From NCBI GenBank assembly GCA_965140415.1, contig OZ223209.1, positions 293,974-357,973 of the forward strand: a stretch of DNA of 64,000 nt, in the 5' to 3' direction. This DNA comes from Myxococcota bacterium. Its GTDB lineage: Bacteria > Myxococcota_A > SURF-8. Positions within the stretch are counted from its first letter, which is position 1. Every line of letters begins with the position of its first letter. Both the position numbers and the translations under genes were made by a program. The notes under the pieces are model-generated. The model was not told the DNA's origin. It ran no database searches and saw only the letters and a list, made by a program, of their open reading frames with translations. Of the stretch, positions 60,001 through 64,000 are shown in pieces.

Positions 60001-60231
60001 GTTGGGATCGCCAAGATCCGTATCGGTGTCGAGATCGCCGTCGTTCTCCGAATCCGCGTCTTCGACATCCGCGTTTTCATCGTCGCCGTCGGTGATGACG
60101 TCGTCGCCATCGGTGGGCGGCTGATAATAGGTCGTATCGTCGTTACAGGCGAAAACGAAGAGCAACACGACAAGAAGAACGATCGCTGCAAAAGGATAGT
60201 ACAACGTTCCTTTTAATTGAGAATGGATCAC
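57016..60231 (-). CDS. Large secreted lipoprotein, hypothetical (possible metal-dependent hydrolase-like region)
   Basis: Signal anchor and lipobox (FVFACNDD); long D/E-rich linker; 1071 aa; HTADLNIHSNASLYSD segment weakly resembles PHP/amidohydrolase metal-site motifs; Cys-rich C-terminus. Confidence 0.45.
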   Translation of the reverse strand: MIHSQLKGTLYYPFAAIVLLVVLLFVFACNDDTTYYQPPTDGDDVITDGDDENADVEDADSENDGDLDTDTDLGDPNDTTPLNVGDALEDGEVRAGVVGERSQLPASDGQGQVGDFKLYNSKAAFVIAAAGPGRGFNLTGGSLLDAVLLDSNGDTRTEDLLFDAFPVISSNTDVLPYDGNIHMFRADKIELIHNGSGGFPAHVRASGIDWPIQQVDNMLAAPINPKVALTVDYYLDADATYLRMDMTVSIYQQPQDADGDLDMEEAGTETAEIDIDPVDLTLEYVRPGLGVMTDSSLTPFYPGQDTDGIAIFDGGRSFQGYYHPYYAFSKSDFSYAVTSGEAKNLFSMMLLPKPAFILGYQDFAVTEIAPNTQSLVFMISEGPAEQVFADMQAFREESLPNKVVATSSVSGTVDFSDRVDLQAQEVEIIAIETRKIGGSAENPKYHDYIHASSYLDAQGAFELQLPAGDWHLVTVAPWGERSDALDVTVVEEESLQGLEVPAPPRGAVVTISVNEERDEGTFPLGARVDFYHGLLDFGPTGSMPGNIPIERTVFTTETPGEIQVRLPLGGAVNSQYSVVVSCGIHYSVCAEQHTYRAYLGDGEKQGPRNVVLRRIVDPTIEMPPGEAGMYLHTADLNIHSNASLYSDMTKTERVNNLRAEGVEVFVGSDAETIGDYTEALSETGASGGAHPVHWVPGMQITSNNGQYLGVNVLKPQDSPEYTGVWSTAYDQENGTYAGLQPPGEIWQQLKENYGASFVQISRPRGVEDAPAFFDVFGKSEGYDPFEGIDSLQFLVRSQMENWDTMEVINGEEPFAYTYAAIQDWLSLLHQGYYKPITANSELQAASKEDFRHIGSPINLVISDQETLSPNSALDQILRLGQGHNIVTTGPTVTMRLGNALPGDTYTPPGTENSVRLEFNVKVQAPPYVKVNHIYVCINGYPMDSNHMVPGSVSAPVRMNRSFATNVSRTNGHDAYAVVFAFGDAMEDLYPTYPWTPSFAVSNPIFIELDGEPGFTPPPMHTRAETDESFVPYCRSEHLCDYFYNLGLWEDVTAFDVQAHCCAAYPEKSYCQ

Positions 60232-60398
60232 GACTCCTCCTTACAACCAGATTTCATCCCACGCTATAGCGCAGATTGGATAAACGATAGAACTGCGGAC
60301 TTTCAGTTGAAGAAACGGAAGGCGGCTTCACTCTCCGGTCGGGTGGCGAGGTTCGATGCGCAGGCCGGAAGGGGCGAAACCCCCGTATTCAAACTAGT

Positions 60399-61574
60399 TT
60401 ATCCGCAAACGGAAGTTTGTGCAAATAGATAGTTGCCCATGCGTAACAGTCCCCGGATATCGTGGATATCTTCGTTGAAGATCGGAACGCAGGCGATTTT
60501 CTCTCCGCCTCCAAGGGCCTTATCCAGGCGTTCCACGTTCTCTCGGGCAATGGAATTCAATTGTTCGGCAACCTGCTTCAATCCTGCCAGTTTATCCACC
60601 AGACCGGGTAGACTCTGTTGCATACCCGGTTCGCTTTCAACCACCTGCTTGATGCTTTCCCCATCGAAAAGCGTTGCAAGTTCCTCTGGCTTGGGAACCA
60701 GTTTTTCCGATAATTCGAAGGCGCGGTTAACGATTACCGCCTCCAGCGGAATGTCGGCTTCGACCAGTTTATTGTGGAAATACAAGGCTTCGGATAAGGC
60801 ATTCTGCTCGGCGCTGGTGACCAGTACGAAAACGGTAGAGGAATTGCGCAGTAATTCGTTAACTTTGCGTGCGCGTTCGGCAAAACCTTCCGTCAAGCCG
60901 GTCATCGCCTGGAAGAAGTTCGTCAGATCCTGGATGAACTTGTCTCCCACCAATAATCCCAATAACTTGAAGACGACCTCGCCTCCCTTGTGAAACAGCA
61001 GCGAACGCATGCTTTTCTTGGCCGGTTGCGTAAACCATTTGACGACGTTCTCGTCTAAAAAGGAGGCCAGACGACTGGGAGCGTTCAAGAAGTCGAGTGC
61101 ATTCTTCGTCGGCGGTGTATCGAGCACCACCAGGTCGTAGTCACGCTGCTGCATCAGTTCGTACAGACGCTCCATGGCGACATATTCCTGCGAACCGGCG
61201 ATGGCGTTGGTAAACTGGCGGTAAATCATGGTATCGGTGATCTGCTTCTCTTGCTTTTCATCGCGTGCAATGCGCCGGATCAGGCTATCCAAGCTGGCCT
61301 TGGTGTCCAGCATGGCTGCCCACAACGACCCTTTGACCTCTACCCCGGCATCCACGAAACGATCCATGGGTACCTGGCGTTCCTCGTTGGTAAGTCCTTC
61401 CAAACCAAGCGATTGCGCCAGACGGCGGGCCGGATCGATGGTGATAACCATGGTTTTTTTGCCGCTTTGAGCAGCGTGCAAGGCGATAGCGGCGGAAGTG
61501 GTTGTTTTGCCGACTCCACCGGAGCCGCAACAAACAACCAGTTTACGATCCTGCAACACTCGGTTCAATTTCAT
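60399..61574 (-). CDS. ArsA/GET3-family P-loop ATPase
   Basis: N-terminal deviant Walker A VVCCGSGGVGKTTTSAA and ArsA-type blocks (ITIDPARRL, DTPPT); overlaps the upstream paralogue by 4 nt. Confidence 0.75.
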   Translation of the reverse strand: MKLNRVLQDRKLVVCCGSGGVGKTTTSAAIALHAAQSGKKTMVITIDPARRLAQSLGLEGLTNEERQVPMDRFVDAGVEVKGSLWAAMLDTKASLDSLIRRIARDEKQEKQITDTMIYRQFTNAIAGSQEYVAMERLYELMQQRDYDLVVLDTPPTKNALDFLNAPSRLASFLDENVVKWFTQPAKKSMRSLLFHKGGEVVFKLLGLLVGDKFIQDLTNFFQAMTGLTEGFAERARKVNELLRNSSTVFVLVTSAEQNALSEALYFHNKLVEADIPLEAVIVNRAFELSEKLVPKPEELATLFDGESIKQVVESEPGMQQSLPGLVDKLAGLKQVAEQLNSIARENVERLDKALGGGEKIACVPIFNEDIHDIRGLLRMGNYLFAQTSVCG

Positions 61575-62539
61575 GAGGTCGCCTCCGCCGGAGTTTGCAA
61601 CAACTGCTGAGCCAGCCGTTGCAGAGCGGAAACATCCAATTGTCCGATCAGCAGACGCGGCAGGGTGACAAGCGTCAAGCCGACGCGCTCGGATAAGGTT
61701 CGCAGGTGGCCGTCGCAGCGCCGTTGACGATCCAGGGCGGCGGCTCCCGCTTCCAGGGCGGATTGCAGATCCTGGGTGTGAAAGTCGAGCTGGCTTAACT
61801 TGTCAAGCAGGTTCTGCTCGTCGCGGTTGAATGTACGTTCGCGCACGCCGTTGACGAACAGCAGGCCCATGTTCATTGGAACTCGTTTCTTAAGATTTTC
61901 ATACAGTTCGATGGTTTCCGTTACCGGCATCTCTTCAGGTAAAGTCACTAAGTTTAGCAAGGTGGTGCGTGCATCACTAAAGAGTGTTTCATAGCGCTTC
62001 AAAATGCGCGACAGAGCACCGACACCGACCAGTTGCTGCAACATCTGTGGCGTTTGCAAAAATGACAAGGCGTGACCGGTTGCCGGAAGATCGACCAGGA
62101 TCACGTCGTATTGCGGCATCCGTGTGCCCGGTTCCCGCTCTTTTAGCAGGTTGTACAGTTTGTTGATGGAAACCAGTTCGTTGACCGCCGGAGCGGTTTT
62201 GAAGAAATACTGCAAGACGGAATTTTTACGGATCAGATCGGCAACCATCTGCAACCTGACGTGTTGCTGGATGTATTCGGCCAGCGCCTCATCCGGGTTG
62301 ATGCTGATCGCCCAGACATCGTCGAGCATTTCCATTGGTTCGAAGCCGACGAACGGCACGTTGAAAATACGTTTCATGCTGCTTTCGGTATCGATTTCCA
62401 CGATCAGGGCGCGCTTGCCCATATGCGTTGCCGCCAAGGCCAAACTGGCCACGACGGTGGATTTTCCCACGCCGCCTTTGCCGGTGAAAAACAGCAAGCG
62501 ACGCGTGAAGAGATCCGAAATCTGCAATTGTCCGTTCAT
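61571..62539 (-). CDS. ArsA/GET3-family P-loop ATPase (paralogue)
   Basis: LLFFTGKGGVGKSTVVASLA Walker A; same family as the downstream gene, so a tandem pair. Confidence 0.75.
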   Translation of the reverse strand: MNGQLQISDLFTRRLLFFTGKGGVGKSTVVASLALAATHMGKRALIVEIDTESSMKRIFNVPFVGFEPMEMLDDVWAISINPDEALAEYIQQHVRLQMVADLIRKNSVLQYFFKTAPAVNELVSINKLYNLLKEREPGTRMPQYDVILVDLPATGHALSFLQTPQMLQQLVGVGALSRILKRYETLFSDARTTLLNLVTLPEEMPVTETIELYENLKKRVPMNMGLLFVNGVRERTFNRDEQNLLDKLSQLDFHTQDLQSALEAGAAALDRQRRCDGHLRTLSERVGLTLVTLPRLLIGQLDVSALQRLAQQLLQTPAEATS

Positions 62540-62667
62540 ATTCTGGTTCCTCTTTCATTCGAGCCGTGGATTATACTGTATTGATCGATCTTCTTAAAGT
62601 AAAAAGTCTGCAAATGAAGTAATTCCTTGTTTTTCATACGGAATCCAATTATAATCAAAAATTAACA

Positions 62668-62970
62668 ATGGGTTTGTTGAAAAAGCTCGGAGATCTCCCC
62701 ATGCCCAAAAAGAAAGATTTCGTGTTCTCGCTGTCCGCTTCGAACGACATCATCGCCGATCATCTGGAGGCTCTGGCACGAGGATTTCGCTCGGGTGAGA
62801 TTATTCTGGCAATGAACGAAAAAGAACTGGCTCTACAACCGATACAAGATATTGACCTGGATTTGCATGCTAAAATCGACGGTATTCACCAATCCGTTTC
62901 GTTTTCGATGCACTGGTATTCCAAAACAGGGGAAAAACCGGACCTGAGCATCCGTTCCGGGAAGGATTAG
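62668..62970 (+). CDS. Small hypothetical protein (amphi-Trp-domain-like)
   Basis: 100 aa; FVFSLSASNDIIADHLEALARGFRSGEIIL...SFSMHW resembles the amphi-Trp pattern as I recall it; divergent from the ArsA pair. Confidence 0.35.
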   Translation: MGLLKKLGDLPMPKKKDFVFSLSASNDIIADHLEALARGFRSGEIILAMNEKELALQPIQDIDLDLHAKIDGIHQSVSFSMHWYSKTGEKPDLSIRSGKD

Positions 62971-63029
62971 CAGTTGGTGTGACAACGGCAGTGAACGTGA
63001 AAAAGCAGGCGAGGGAACTGGTTACTCAG

Positions 63030-64000
63030 ATGGTGGGTGCGGTTCGTTCTCAATTGCGAACGGCGGTCGCCGCTTTTGTGGATCGCGACTCCCAACTGGC
63101 CAACACCGTCATTGAGCGTGACGACTACATCGACAATCTCTACGTTTACACCGAAGGAAAAATCTTCAAACTGATGACCGGCTGTTCCGATGAAGCCCGG
63201 CTGGCCGTGTTGCGGACATCGTTGAAGATGGCCAAAGGTATGGAAAAGATTGCCGATTATGCCGAAAACCTGGCCAAGCAGGCGCTCTATCTTCCTTCCG
63301 GTCAATCCGACGAAATGGAACTGGACATTCAGCACTGCTACGAGCAGGTTCGAGAAGGACTCGATCAGGTTTTGAAGGGCTTTTTGAAGCTGGATGCCAA
63401 AACCATCGTGCGCGCTGCGAAAAAAGAAGCTGCGTTGGATGCGCTTTATGCCGATCTGCTGCGGCGTATCATCCAGCGTTTGCGTGAACCGGGCGCGGAT
63501 GTAGATATGCTGATTACGGAAATGTTTGCCGCCAAGCACATGGAGAAGATCGGCGATATTATTCTGGATATGTCCGAAGAAATTCTTTCGTTGATCTATG
63601 GCGAACGGTTGAAGGTGCACCAGGTGCTGCACATGGATGACCTGGCGAATGCACGCGGAAAAGCCAGCTTCAACACCGAGGGCATCTGGGGAACGCGCAG
63701 CGGTGCTTCGGTGTTTAAACTGGGAGTCAATGGCAAAGAAGAATATATCTACAAAGAAGGCACCCCAGCAAAAATCAATCGTGAAATCGAGCGTTTGAAA
63801 AAGTGGAACGAAATCGAGCCCGGCCTTGTACCGGAGGTGCAGTCCACTAATTCCGATCAAGTCAACGGACGCGAAGTGCTGGTTACCAATTATTTCCATG
63901 GGGTGACTCTGAAAGATCTGTACGAAAATTTCGAGTGGTCCGCCAAAAAGCGCGTGACATTGCAGTTGCTACAGTTATTGGAGCGGATCTGGGAAAAGAC
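63030..64000 (+). CDS. PhoU-domain protein fused to a protein-kinase-like domain (3' end outside the window); not in the ORF track
   Basis: Frame open from about 62970 to the window end; two PhoU repeats (DDYIDNLY...MEKIADYAENL and MEKIGDIILDM) then a kinase-like region (GTRSGASVFKL, EYIYKEG). Start codon uncertain (ATG 63030 or an upstream GTG). Confidence 0.5.
   Translation, partial: MVGAVRSQLRTAVAAFVDRDSQLANTVIERDDYIDNLYVYTEGKIFKLMTGCSDEARLAVLRTSLKMAKGMEKIADYAENLAKQALYLPSGQSDEMELDIQHCYEQVREGLDQVLKGFLKLDAKTIVRAAKKEAALDALYADLLRRIIQRLREPGADVDMLITEMFAAKHMEKIGDIILDMSEEILSLIYGERLKVHQVLHMDDLANARGKASFNTEGIWGTRSGASVFKLGVNGKEEYIYKEGTPAKINREIERLKKWNEIEPGLVPEVQSTNSDQVNGREVLVTNYFHGVTLKDLYENFEWSAKKRVTLQLLQLLERIWEK

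Noticed and set aside
60399-62539. Arsenic resistance (ars) operon call for the ArsA-like pair
   Set aside because: No arsB, arsC, arsD or arsR nearby; ArsA/GET3-fold ATPases have many non-arsenic roles, so only the family is called.
1-64000. CRISPR arrays, tRNA/rRNA genes, transposases, integrases, restriction-modification or toxin-antitoxin genes
   Set aside because: No direct-repeat/spacer arrays, no cloverleaf-like conserved tRNA segments in intergenic regions, and no recombinase or nuclease signatures in any frame inspected; the by-eye scan could miss short or degenerate elements.

Overview
This 64-kb window looks like an ordinary chromosomal region of a Gram-negative (diderm) bacterium, moderately GC-rich and gene-dense, with about 53 protein-coding genes on both strands. 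I found no rRNA, tRNA, CRISPR array, transposase, integrase or prophage gene. Recognisable content: a TolC/adaptor/RND efflux operon; three two-component systems (one OmpR-type, two sigma-54/NtrC-type) plus a hybrid kinase and an orphan receiver; an ECF sigma factor; a maf-yggS-yggT-divIVA-yggU division cluster; a dapA-dapB-dapL-folK-tal-slyD block; panC; cysK with an Rrf2 regulator; larC; and many secreted lipoproteins with acidic linkers after the lipobox cysteine. Candidates for something undescribed, none of which I can confirm without searches: (1) a tightly coupled five-gene operon at 43999-48031 (DUF5989-like peptide, B12-binding radical SAM enzyme, 57-aa membrane peptide, PP-loop ATPase, SGNH-hydrolase/TPR protein); (2) a 130-nt structured element in two copies whose differences are compatible with three predicted hairpins, one copy directly upstream of larC; (3) a tandem ArsA/GET3 ATPase pair divergent from a small protein and a PhoU-kinase fusion; (4) an 80-bp hairpin repeat in four intergenic copies; (5) a kinase-fold protein with both catalytic Asp replaced by Asn. 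All product names come from motif recognition by eye; coordinates of non-coding features may be off by a few bases.
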